DNA of 64,000 nucleotides, taken from NCBI GenBank assembly GCA_973895155.1, contig OZ316893.1:19410857-19474856 (forward strand), written 5' to 3'. Below the pieces are notes generated by a model. It was not told the DNA's origin. It saw nothing but the letters and a program-made list of their open reading frames with translations, and made no database searches. Position 1 is the stretch's first letter. Every line of letters starts with the position of its first letter. The position numbers were made by a program, and so were the translations under genes. The stretch is from Marsupella aquatica. Its lineage: Eukaryota; Plantae; Marchantiophyta. This document shows, one piece after another, positions 25,096 to 37,600 of this stretch.

Positions 25096-28000
25096 ATGGT
25101 GCCCAAGGCCCTGAAATACCACGCACAGTGGGTGGCAGACCATTTCAGCGATGGGGTCGCGGGCCTGTGGAAATGTATCCGAACTACTCGGCCCAATGGA
25201 ATTCGAGGGTGGCTTCGTCTGGGGGCCTTCAACTTTGTTGAGACTCTTGTGTTGTTTGCCGCCGGTGTTATCATGTTCGAGAGCTCCGTTCACGAGCTAC
25301 GAGACTCCCTGGGTACAACTGTGCTGTTTCCCATGTACTTGCCTCACGCCGTGGCGTTGCCGATCACGACGAGGTCTCAAACGCCGGTGTTCTTAGGGAA
25401 TTTTGCTGGTTTCTACGTGGTCAGGGTGTATGCAGCTTGGAGAGGGGGGTATCTGGTTACCGTTTCGAGGGGATCTGTTCTCTTTGCCGCTGCAGTTGTA
25501 GGAGCTGTAGAGATCTCTACAGGAGCCTGGGTGCTGAGACGGATGCTTTGTAAATGGACTCGGAGGGAGCATCCCACAATTGAATCGGTTTCGGAGGCAG
25601 TGACTTACATATCGACCGTGTTCGTGATTAGTCTAATCTTTGGCACGGTTAGTTCGGTGATAATTGTGTCCAGTCCGATTGTGCGTTGGCAGGATTTTTC
25701 CCGCTACTTTGGAACCTGGTGTATGAGCGTGTTGGCAGGGTATCTCACGGGGGCCCCGGTGCTCATGCAATTGTTGGTGTGGAGGCCCCGGCCGTCTCTG
25801 TTGCGTCTCCGGAAGACTTGTGAGGCTGTGGTAGTGGGTACCGTCACTATTGCTCTTGTCATTATTATCTTCTTAAGCAATCTTCAAGCTGTGATCCATC
25901 CTCTACCGTACCTGCTCTTCCCCTTGATCATTCTCTCCGCTTTCCGGTTCAATCGGTTAGGGTGCGCTGTTGTTGTATTCTTCATGACCTTCGTCTGTTC
26001 TTGGGCTAGTGTTCGGCGAAAAGGTGCGGTTTACAGGATGGCTGGAAGCCCTCCTGTGAGGTCCCCTATGCTTATTATCCAGCTGGAGCTTTTCGTGTCA
26101 GTGCTGGGTGCGGTTGGAGTTATGCTTGCGGCTGCGGTGAGAGAGAAAAAGAGGCTGGCCAGGGATTTGCTCACTTTGAACGAGGAGCTAGAAAGCACAG
26201 TTACCCAGAGAACGCATGAACTTGTTATGGCGAATGAGGAGCTTAAGGAGTCGCAGAGAAAGGCAGAAGAGGCCAGCCAAGCCAAATCAGACTTCCTTGC
26301 GAACATGAGCCACGAGATTCGGTGAGTTGTCTGTCTTTTTCCTACATTTTTATATTTGTGCCCAGCCTCACTGGCAATGTGGAACAAATGAAATCTTTCC
26401 ACCTTGGTCAGCATAATATGCTTGGCACTGTGTCTGACCTTCAAAAAATCACGCATTGTCGATTATTCCTTCCGTCCCTAATTGGCTGCATGTTTTGTGC
26501 TGAACGCCGGAAAGTCTACAAAAAATACCTTTCTTGTATTGGACAGCACCATATATTCATGGTTCCTCGTTAGAAAATTTCGAGTGCGAATGGATTGTCC
26601 AGGAGAGATGATGGATGTGAATGTCCAGTCCCTCACCTTTTACCTTAAAAACTGTTTGATCTTCCTGTTTTATTGAAAGTCCGTACTTCTGCTGCACTGA
26701 CTATGAAGTCTTGGCAGTCTCCTATCTTGGGATCCACAATGTTGAGTTCAACTATCTCTTTATACAAAACTACGCATACCAATGGGTGGGAGTTGATTGG
26801 CAAGAGACCGGTACCTTTGTCGTTGCCATCACAGTAAATCGATCTAGTACTGTCTTCGCAAAGGACAGCATAACTGCTGGTTAGAAGTCACAGAGAGGAG
26901 TCTTCTACGATGGGAGATCTATGCAATTTCCAGGACTGATCTACTCCTCTACCCTACTTAGATCCTTGATAATGAGTCACGTGTAGAAGCGGAGCAGCAA
27001 TGTACCTGATGACCGTCGTTAGCCGCTAGCACAAAGTATTGGTATCGACAGTGTGGACAAAACACGATGCATCTGTGCATTATGGCAAGAATGTCAGGCC
27101 CTACCTACCCCACGTACTGTACCACATCCAGTGAGTAGCTGAAGCCATTGCAGCCGATGCGCCCTCCAAAATTCGTCAAGTAACTGTCAGAAGCAAGGTT
27201 TATAATTCTTTTATAGATCATCCACTCCATTATTGTTTAGTTAAGTAAGCACCGCCGACCCACTCTGGTGCAAAGGACCTGAAACTCCACCCTTCCTCAA
27301 ATTTATGACCGATTGTTTTCACTTTCATGTATTCAGAGCTGTTAAGTTTTCACACCACAATGGCAGTCTGGAAAGTTTTGGCAGTTGGAAGAACTGTTAG
27401 TGATTCAGTTAACCAGGCATGGTTTTGGTAAAGTAGTCGCTACTTATTTTAATTTCATTTGAAATTCAGTGGTTCATGATTTATGAGCTGCAGTTACCCC
27501 TCGTCCTGGAGATCGCATTTCTGGCTTCAAGGTCCATGTGATGCGTACACTCTGCAAGGCAGTGCTTTCAAAAACCGTCAACCCTCTGTTTAGCCGTGTC
27601 GAGTCTTTTCTTTCTCGTTTGAATAATATTCTATGTTTGTATGTTTACATACCACCTGATATCTCATCTTTGATTCCCTCCCTCTCTGTTCTGCTATGGA
27701 GTGATGGAAGGAGATACCCCTTATCTTCTTTGCTGGTGCAGCTGCATCTAGATGAACATTCTACTTGAATCGCCTCAATATCTGTGATCCCATCTCTTGT
27801 CTTGTTCCTTTGAATGGGTTTATGGCTGAAAGGCTACTAATAACTGAATCCTCTCGCTACAACTTTGTACAGGACACCTATCCATGGAATCATGGGATTG
27901 ACGGCACTGCTACTCGATTCTGAGCTTTCGGTAGACCAAAGAGATAGTCTGTCGTCCGTGAAGGAATGTGCGAACCTCCTTCTTAATATCATTAACAGCA

Positions 28001-30610
28001 TTTTAGATCTTGCAAAGATTGAGGCAGGAAGGGTGGAAATTGAGCTTGTGCCTTTCAATGTCCGGCGGTTGGTCAGCAGTACTATGCGTATGCTTGCTAT
28101 CCGTGCTCAGGACAAACATCTGGAACTACTATGGGAAGTGGATAAGGCCGTTCCAGATTGGGTGGTTGGAGATTCGGGCAAGATCCAACAGTGCCTCCTC
28201 AACCTTGGTAAGGTTACTGTTCGTTACGTCTCATGCCATTTGCTATTCACTTTACTGGAGTGATCGTCCTAAGAAAGTTTCCCCAGTTGTGATTGGTGAT
28301 AGGATTGGAACTTCGTGGCACGTCGTAAAGTAATGTTCGTTTGCATAGATTTGATTAGACTCTGGTCTGGCATCTTTATGATCACTGTTATTACCTGTAC
28401 TAAGGTACTTACCGACAGTGGTTTGTTTCAGTTGGGAACGCTGTGAAGTTCACTCATGAAGGCTCGGTCAAAGTTCAAGTGGCTGTTGATGTGAATTATA
28501 GCACAAGCGAGCATGGTTCTTCCCTGCAGACTTGCGAGTTGGATAATCAGTCGAAAGGCCTATCTTCCTCATTGAATTCAACCCCCCCCTCCACGCATGA
28601 CCAAATTGTGGATTCCACAGCCATCAATATATTTGACAAGCCCGTGGAGTGGCAATATTGTCCGAATGGAAAGGACGGTTTTAGCGTTTGGAAGCTGCAA
28701 AATGGAGCAACTTACAGCCACGAGTCGGTGTTTTGCGTACCTATGCTATTTGAGGTACGGGACACGGGTATTGGGATAAGCAGCGAAAAGTTGCGAGACA
28801 TATTCAGGCCTTTTACACAAGCAGATGCATCGACATCACGTGTCTACGGTGGCACCGGTCTTGGACTTTGTATAGTTCAAAGGTACAATTTCTTTAGCTT
28901 CATTGTCATTTCATAGTAGAAAACGTAAGGTTATTTACCTTCTGATCCGAAGTTTCTCCATTGCATGTCTAAAGCTCTTAACTCAGTCGTGTACCGGTTT
29001 CTTGTTCAGGTTCGTGGAGCTTTTGGGGGGGAAATTACTGGCAGAGAGTGAAGTAAACAAAGGAAGTTCATTTGGGTTTTCCATCCCTCTGAGCTTCGCT
29101 GAATCTCAGGAGGTGGATGACAATTCTGTAGATTTCACCCACGGTCTTGGCAGTCCTGTAACCCCTCGACCATTAGGTGCGGATTGTTCTACTGTAAAAT
29201 CCTGATTGCAGTAGGGGTTACTTCAGATTATTGAATCCATCTTCGTATTTTGATTTGTAACTGTAATTGGATATTTTGCGTTCTGGAATCTCTTCTTAAT
29301 AAATGGCTATCGTATGATTTTTGTGCAGATACTGTGGTTCCTTCGATCCCAGACAAAGGAAGTGAAGAGAAAGATATTCCTTCTCCAATCCTCGACGCAG
29401 GAGCTGACAAGAAAGATGATGTTCCTTCTTCAGTCGCAGGCAAAGGAGGCGAAGAGAAATCTGCATCCTCTATAATAATGAACAGAGGAGGTGAAGAGAA
29501 AGATGTTACTTCTCCAATCACAGAGGAAAGAGATGATGCAAAAATGGCGAAGGATGTGGCTTCCTCAAAGCTTATGACAAGACAGGGTCCTGCCAAGGTG
29601 ACGGAGCTAGAAGATTCTGAAGGTTACCCTCTTCCTATGGTGCCTCAATGCCAGAGTTGCATTCTTTACACTCTTTGTCATGGACACGATTGCAGACCTG
29701 GTACTGTGGAGGTGGGTCTCAAGGAAAATTTCAGAAAAATGCAACGGTTATAACTCAACGTTTGAAGTCTGAGGACTTCAATAAAAATTACAACTGCAAT
29801 CAGCATCATCTCAAGCGTAGCAAATAGTTAAATACGAGTATTCTTTGGTCTCCTTGCAGCGTAACACAGTTCCATAAAGGACCGCATAGGAGACCTAAGA
29901 GTGCCTTACGTTGACATGTCAAATTTAAATATGTTGAAAGACAGGCATGGCTGTATGATGGTCGAGATATTGTACACGTAGATCGAAAACCGAAAGACTC
30001 ATAATGGATGTTTTGTTGACAGATAGTGGATGGAACAAATCCCTTCATTTGCATGTGCTCTTGGCTGAAGACAATATCATCAATCAAAAGGTCGCCGTTC
30101 GACAGTTACAAAAACATGGGCATAAAGTTACCGTTGTAGGGGACGGTGTCCATGCTCTGGACGCTGTCAAAGCTAAGCATGACCTTTACGACCTCGTCAT
30201 CATGGACGTACAGGTATACCTGCTTTAACCTCTTCTCCTTATAACAAGTGATTTCTTTAAATTTGCTACATCTTAATGCTTCGACCGGGGTTTTTTGTTT
30301 TTATATCAGTTCAGTGAACCCAGTAAGTCAACTTTCCGCATCGCTGAAATCTTATTTAAGACAACGACTAACGAAATGTACCTTCCAGATGCCAAACATG
30401 GACGGATTAGAGGCTACTAGGAAGATCCGTGAAGAGGAAAATCAACAGGGATGGAGGAGGCTTCCAATATTGGGTTTGACAGCACATGCTTTTCAGGGCT
30501 ATGAGAGTACTTGTTTGTCTTGCGGTATGGATGGATATCTTGGGAAACCTTTCGACATCAATCAATTGCTAAGGGTTATGAGCAAGTATCTTCCAGGACT
30601 TGAAAGGTAA
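25096..30610 (+). CDS. Membrane hybrid histidine kinase: MASE1-like multi-TM sensor, HisKA, HATPase_c, receiver; 7 coding exons
   Basis: Exons approx. 25096-26321, 27873-28207, 28432-28882, 29010-29176, 29329-29622, 30023-30213, 30389-30610. The N-terminus has ~8-10 hydrophobic helices with [17 protein letters not shown] (MASE1-like). Kinase motifs: H-box [15 protein letters not shown]-box [13 protein letters not shown]1 DTGIGI, F-box [10 protein letters not shown]2 GGTGLGL. Receiver motifs: [32 protein letters not shown]. Confidence 0.93.
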
Positions 30611-32760
30611 ATCATCGTTAACTTACGATTGCGAAACAAGATTGGACGATGGAATTTTTGTCGACGGGAAACTGCTTTACTGCCGTAACAGTCATGATAC
30701 AGTTAATTTTTGCTTGTATAGATTCTGTCAACTAATAGACACGTTCCCGATCCTGTTTGCAGATGAGGGGATTATTTCTGCACGATAACATATAGTGTAG
30801 GAAGCAGTGTTTTTGACCAAGAAGGAATACTGTGATAGATGCCTTTCTTGCCACTTCTCCTCCAATGATTTGGTTGTTGCCCCAACACCAATTGTATCAT
30901 ATTGTAGTATTATGCAAGCTGGCAAAGTGCCTAGCACATTGATTCTCTTGCCGGCAAGTCTCTAGGTTAGCTCACAAACATTGACGCCGGCAGCATCATA
31001 AATTCATTTTGTAGAGTGCCGCAAGGAAATTAGCTCCCTGTTGTATAGCAGCCATGGCGATTACTTCTCCAGGGTATCTCATTGGGTAGCCAATACCTTG
31101 GTAATTTATCATCTGACCCATTGACTGGGGTCTCGCGTATTATCTCAAAGGTGGCCCATTTAGTAAAGCCTCAATAGGAATTAGTATCGGTACTGCTAGC
31201 AGTTGAAGGATAGGCACTAAAAGTGGTCTTACTTAGGTGCGGAACCGATTAGGTCCCGTCTATACCATTCAGATGAAATTCAAGGAGGGATAGTAGTCTC
31301 CAACTAGCATGTCATGTAATCTTAACTTCTCCGTGTACTCGAGTTGTCGACAGCACTTGGAACAAGCAGGCAATTCATCCCAGGATGGTTTTTGTCCCTC
31401 CTGGGAAGTAACGCTACTCTCCGGCTTGTTCGGGATGGTCGTAGCGTTCATGAAATTCAGAATGATGGTGATCGTAACTGTGCACTCCGCATCACATACT
31501 CCGCATCACAGAAGGTGATTCTGATTAAATCGTATGGGGTTCAACCTCCCATATCCGCTATGAACCTGGAGATTCCAACCTTTACTTCTGGTGTGAGAGG
31601 TATGAGAGTTGCTCGACGCTCTAAGGCTCGTCGCCCTGTGGGTTTTCTATGAAGGGAGAAATGCGTGAGGAACTGGAGCCACCATCGTAAGTTCGAGCGA
31701 TGCATAGTTGGAAAACCGGAAGTCACTTTTCGAAGGAAGCTACAACAGGTGGAGAAGTAAATATAACGGATGATCAGGCAAGCTAGAGAAGACCGGCAAT
31801 AGCAACTGAAGTTGAAGAAAGTTTTTGAGATCTTGAAGGAGCTCGTCAGCAGCCTTTCCTGTTTGAGAGTTGAAGATAGTTTTTGAGAGCTTTAAGGAGC
31901 CCGGCTGCAATTTTTGCTGTTCGATGTTTGTAATCTCGTCGAATAGCAACAATCTTGAACGAGATTGTACCATACAGAGAACCCCCATTCCTTACCGGCG
32001 ATGCCGTATTTTGTTACTGTGTGACTTCAGCTGGCTGAGGAAAGTTCTGTTCGGTTACAATTGGAAGGGTAAGGCTGCTCGTAGCTAGCCGTGGGTGCCC
32101 CTCCATGGATCATATCCAATTTTACGTTCTCGTTCAGCACCAATTTTGCCTCAAACGGAACATTACTTCGGAAGATTCAAAGAACGTGTCTTATGATGAC
32201 TTGAAAACTAGTCACGTATTTGATCACTCTGTCAGCAACGTGGAGGGAATCGTTATTTTAACAGGCTTGATTTTCCTCATCATGACAGTATTTGGCCCAC
32301 GGCTGTATTGATCCTTACCTTCAGATGCAAACAGCAACACGATTCTAAGCGCAGGAAGTAACTCATCAATTTGCTTGCAGGTTAGACAGTAGACCCTTGC
32401 GAGTAAACTATAAGCACACGGGAAATGGCCGAACGGGCCATAACTTAATTGCGCTGATAACCTTGGCAGAAGAAAACATGAAGACATAGAACACAATTTT
32501 GGGCAGATCATATTACTCATGGGTCCCCTGAGCGTACTGGCTCCCTTCCAAAAACAAGAATAAAACCTTGGCAAGACCACTAAAAGACTCGAAAAAAACA
32601 TCCTAGTTCCTTGATTAGATGAGCAGCTTCGAGCAAAGGATTTGGCATAATATATTTTAGTTCCTTGAACTGATAGCCTAAGGCCTAAGAAAGGCTCATC
32701 GTACACTCAATATGAACGATAAGCAGTGGAATAACAGCAAAATTGCTTGATTGTGAATAA

Positions 32761-35628
32761 CTACACTTCGGGAGCCAGCATAATGTGCTTCCCATCGACC
32801 ACAAATTTCGGACTGCTGGTTACCTGCACGAATAAATAACCTATTGGGTGAGGTAGGGCGTGAGGTATATCTTTAAAATGACGCATTAGTAATCCAATGC
32901 ATATTACTTCAAAGCCTTAACTCGTGACTCGCAGCAGACAATTTACTCAGGTGGTTCGTGGCTTTACCTGTCTCATGAGCTCAGCTTTCAATGCTTTTCT
33001 GTCAACAGATATTGAAGCTGAATCGATAGCCTTTTGGGCCAGCGGCAACACTGCCCTTTTCAAATCCTTTTTCTTCAATTTACCATTCAAAGACTGGACA
33101 AGCTTACCACATGCAAACGAGCATGTTAGCACAGGAATGTTACCATAAGCTTAAATGAGAAATTTGGTTTCTCAGATTTCTCTAACCTATGACAGTAATC
33201 AGAATTACTTGTTTGATTAATACTTATATTAACAATTGGAAAATTCGTGGCTCTCAACATCCTCTAAACTTTGCTTACCTTCCCCAGAACTTCCCGAATG
33301 ACCCTTTTCCACTTCACAACCTTGGCAATCCCATCTTGAGTACAATCAGTCTTCGATTTTGCCACCTGCTTTGTTTTCTTCACACCTTCAAGCTGCTCGA
33401 GAAGATTTCCATTATTTATACCATGTGGAGGATGAGTAGGAGTTCCCGCTTGTGTTGCATCTTCTTCACCTAGCCATTCCCGGAAAGATACTTCATGAAT
33501 AATGGCTTCCTTTAGCTCATTCTTCTTCTTCTTGTCTTTCTTACTAACCTTATTACTACCATCCTGCTGCACCTTCCCCGGCGTATCTGAATTCTTGCTG
33601 ATATCGACCTCTAACGAAGTTTGTGCTTTATTGTAAGCAAGAAACCCGTTGCACTTCTTCTCTTTCCTCTTCACCTGCTCGCCATTTTCACCTTCTGCAA
33701 TAGCCTCCGGTGCACAGTTACGATGACCATTTACATCGCCCGGTTCTAGTTTGCCCTTTTTCCTGCTCTTCCTACCAGACTCTTGTACACTGTCCTCCGG
33801 AATGATCTCTAGGTGCTCTTCCACTAGCTTCCGTTTCTTATCTTGGGACTCCTTCACAGATTCGATTACCCCTTCGTCCTCTTTATCAGTAGAGGAACTT
33901 GGCACTACTGCAGATGTCTCTCGCTTGAATTTCTTTTCCAGAATACCTGACGCCAGTGAAGTGAGATCATCACCTCCACCTGTCCGCTCCTTTTTCCTCT
34001 TTCTCTCTGCTGATAGACTAGAGGCATCCAAAGCGACTGTCTCCTGTATTTCTTTTGTGACCACTGCCTCCAGATCATCCTTGGTAGCACCATTGTTCAA
34101 TTCTGCAGATACACCCGTTTCTCCTCCTTGTGTTTCTTTTTTCTCTTTGGCAGCAGCTGCTTTAGATCTACTTTGGTGCTTTTTGCCCTGTGCGTGTAAC
34201 TCCAGTGTTTCTTGACTAGTGGCCTTAACGTTGCAAAGGCTGCAATCATCATCATGCCTCTCTTAGCCCAAGATGAGGACAAAACTAGACTAAAAATCTT
34301 CAATGCACATAGTTTTGCGTGAGAAGAAATAGGTGGATCACAGAGTTGGCTGTCTAAAATTCACACAATTCATGAACGCAATGATTAACAGACAAATCGT
34401 CTGAGATACCTTTCTTTCCAAAAGTTGTCAGTTAAGACACGTACGAAGGGTGTTTACAACGGAGCATACTGTTCTGAAAGTGGCAGAATGCACACCTATT
34501 CGAGATTAGCTAAGAAAAGCAAAACACCATGTCTTGTCAAAAGCGCTGACTCGACTCGAGAACCACCGACAATCTACGCCTCTTTCGTCCCGAACACATG
34601 CATTTGCTACGGCGGCTATGATCGGGAAAATAGCTATTTCTACATTCTCGTCCTCTCACCTCACATAAGCTCCCTCCTGTGATGTCTACAAGGTGGCTCC
34701 AGAGCTGGACCAGGGTGTCATCAACGACTACCAGACCAAGAGGCGGATGGGCTTGGGCAGAGACGTACAAATACTGGCAGCAGCACATGAGCGGTTTTCG
34801 AGATTTTTTACCTGCAAGACCATGGAGGGAAAGTGGACAAGCCCCGGCTGAAGTCAACGTCAGATCCGTTTTGCACTTTGCCGTTTTTTGCTTTGGAGGC
34901 AGGACCAGTGGCACCTTTGTTTAGACCTTTCGGCCCATACTTTTCCTGTGCCAGGCGAAATTGAATAGACCTTGTGAGCGTTCATCTCTCGAAATCGCAG
35001 AGATCCACATGAAGCTTTCGACATTGTACTCCTTGCACTGAAAGCCAGGGAATCCATTGGACATTGACTCACCGAAGGACCAAAAAAATTACAATCAACT
35101 TAAGGTCTTCAGTGAAATCACACACTCACACTCTCCAAATCGTGAGGAGCTCACTGCACATGTTCCTTCAAACAAAACTGCGGATGATCCGCCGAACGTA
35201 CTTCAAGATGCTTATCTCAAACATCACGTATGCAAAATGTTGCTAACGTTCTAGACACAGAACTTGGACTAGCAACGGCAAAGGAAGTTGCATACGGCTT
35301 CGGAAACACATGAAGAGTGGGCCTGCACGCTTTGCTGGTCGAAAACGACTCCACAGTCAATGCACGACAACTGCAACACCCAACGAAAATCCTCATGTAA
35401 ACACATTACGTTGCATCTTTCGTGATCTGAATTTCAACATGACTAGCAAATGAGTCAAGACTTGATCGAAAGCCTAAATGAAGATACAAACGACACTATT
35501 TACAATGACGCAGAAGCGAATAATGAAACGGAAGCATCCACCTTATATGCAGAACACCGATTGAAGTGGGTGAGCAGCTTCGGCTTCTTGAGATTTTCGC
35601 CGCAGTCTTCACACTGAAACCAAACCAT
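32761..35628 (-). CDS. LYAR: LYAR-type C2HC zinc-finger nucleolar protein with an additional U1/matrin-type finger and a Lys/Glu-rich linker
   Basis: Spliced product: [23 protein letters not shown] / [18 protein letters not shown] / EKYGPKG...PPWSCS / [21 protein letters not shown], then a long K/E-rich exon (~33280-34240), [21 protein letters not shown] and a final exon [20 protein letters not shown] (TAG at 32761-32763). Confidence 0.88.
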
Positions 35629-36238
35629 TTTGAGCAGTACCGCCTATCTTGCCTGCAGTGAAGGGCAGAAAACGATATCAGTTTCCATTCAGACCCGTTT
35701 TTTGTTGTTGGGGGGGGGGAAGGGCTACGGCACATGATTCATAGCGTCACATACCACAGAGATCTCCAGGGCATTCTTCGCTGCTCTCAGTTTCGCTCCT
35801 CCCATCGAACGATTTCCTCCTGCCAACCTTCAGAACACCCAGCAGCAAAGATAAACAATCAAACAGACCAGACACGACAGTAGTATACTGTACCGATTGT
35901 CTGGAACTGTACGTTGTGAAGTGTAACCTGCTCGCTGCTGCTCCTAGAAGCTTCTGCTAACTTTTACTCCTACAGCTTCAGCTCTAGCTGCTTCATGCGA
36001 ATCATTCAGCGACCTGAGGGCCACAAATTGCTGCCACGAACTTATTACGGTCAGTGAGTACGCTCTCCAACATGGCAGGGAAATCGCCCAGCTGTATGAC
36101 TGTACTCTGTTCCACCCACACAGCCGAATCAGAGCAGCAAGAGCAACAATACTGTAATTATCAGAGTCATCATCCATTGCGCCAGAATCGCAACCAGAGA
36201 TCGAAACCATTATGAAATGGATCCAAAAATTCAGCCGC

Positions 36239-36275
36239 ATAGGGTTTAGGGTTTGGAGGGTTTTAGGGTTTTTAG
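36239..36275 (-). promoter_or_regulatory. Cluster of telo-box / telomere-like motifs (AAACCCTA) upstream of the LYAR-like gene
   Basis: The plus strand reads tagggtttagggtttggagggttttagggttttt, ~610 bp upstream of the LYAR-like ATG. Confidence 0.55.
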
Positions 36276-36652
36276 CTAAGGGTAAGTGGAGCAGGTACCG
36301 TATTTTGACTCGATCCCTACGAGGCAATCATTTCTCGATCCCTTTTTTTGCCTGAGAATCCAACTTAGGACCGACCATTTAAGGAAAATAGTATCGAGTG
36401 ATTCTGACCTTTTGCCTTGAATCCATTTCTGGATCATATTGTCATCTTATTATAAAATCGCGAACTAAGTATACTATTAAGGGCCTAGGGTCAAGAGTGA
36501 AGCCTCTTGACATAACCCTTAATATACACAAAAGGAAAAAAAATTAAATGAGAATAGACAAAAGTGAAATGAGAGTGGACAAAAAAAAGGATCAGACAAA
36601 GACTAGTTGAAATAGCATAGAAATTTGGTTATGCAAGATTTTTTTTTTTATA

Positions 36653-36840
36653 TCTATTTTTCTTAATGGCATTTTGGGTGACACAACATCTTTTTTTTTA
36701 ATGACATCTTAGACAACACGACATCTTTTTTCTTAATAACATCTTGGGCAACACAATATTTTTTTTCTTAACAACATCTTGAGGGAAACAACATCATTTT
36801 TTCATGACATCTTTTGTGCAATACACGGGTATTGAGCTAG
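36653..36840 (+). mobile_element. Complete-looking ~188-bp non-autonomous Helitron
   Basis: A|TCTA... start, internal caacatcttttt repeats, imperfect hairpin tgtgcaatacacg and CTAG|T end (36837-36840). Same family motifs as 17280-17727. Confidence 0.65.
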
Positions 36841-37119
36841 TTAACTTTAGATAGTCTAATTTATAACATCATCATTATTTTTTGATTTTATAAATATGCT
36901 ATGGTTTTAGTATATTCTTACCCTGGTTATTTTCTTAATTTTATATCATCAGTGACATATTTGTAAATACAAAGAAAATCATGAAAAAATTATTAATTTG
37001 AACATCTTTAGTGACATAGTATAAAGTTGTATTGAATTATGACCATCTCTCATGGTGGCCATTTCTCCAATTGCTGCCAGAATTGTTTGAGAGAGACAGG
37101 TTTAGGGAGAAGAGAGACC

Positions 37120-37600
37120 CAATATGGCATCTCAATCCTGTTCATTTTGCCTCCGGTCACAGTCAAGGGTATTTCCCAGAAAACAAGTGACAGACATAAA
37201 AATGCCTATTTGCACACTCAATATGGCGTCTCAATCCTGTTCATTTGCCACCAGTCACAGTCAAGGTATTTCCCAGAAAACAAGTGACAAACACAAAAAT
37301 GTCTGTTTGCACACTCCTGACTACAAACCAAAACTGGTACTGTCACACAGGTTTTTTTCAAGGATCTGAAGCTTTGAGACTACCTATTAGAGGACTGGAA
37401 ATGCATTTTCTGTAATGATCTCTATTGGGTCCCACCCTTCAATGCTGTTACTTTGGGGACAGGTTTTTTTCACTGACCTGAAGGTTTGAGACGCCCTAAT
37501 AGAGAGAACAACAAATGAATTTTCAGTTATGCTCTTTATTGGGTCCCACCCTAGTTATCCTGCCTTGCTTATTATGCACATAACAGAAGACATGAGGGTG
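37120..37600. repeat. Two tandem duplications (~99-bp unit at 37120-37316; ~113-bp period at 37366-37550) with a dispersed relative at ~22015-22090
   Basis: caatatggc.tctcaatcctgttcattt...ttcccagaaaacaagtgaca x2 and ctgaag.tttgagac...tattgggtcccacc x2. attgggtcccacc..aatgctg and acatgagggtgt also occur at 22016-22090. Confidence 0.75.

Noticed and set aside
25096-30610. Bacterial contamination suggested by the two-component kinase and carA
   Set aside because: Both genes have multiple in-phase GT-AG introns, carA has a transit peptide, and the neighbours are plant genes.
30700-32700. Short ORFs between the convergent kinase and LYAR-like genes
   Set aside because: No recognisable domains; compatible with 3' UTR or intergenic sequence.
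36476-36523. Small palindrome attaaggg..gtcaagag/ctcttgac..cccttaat
   Set aside because: Short and without further context; probably a TE scar.
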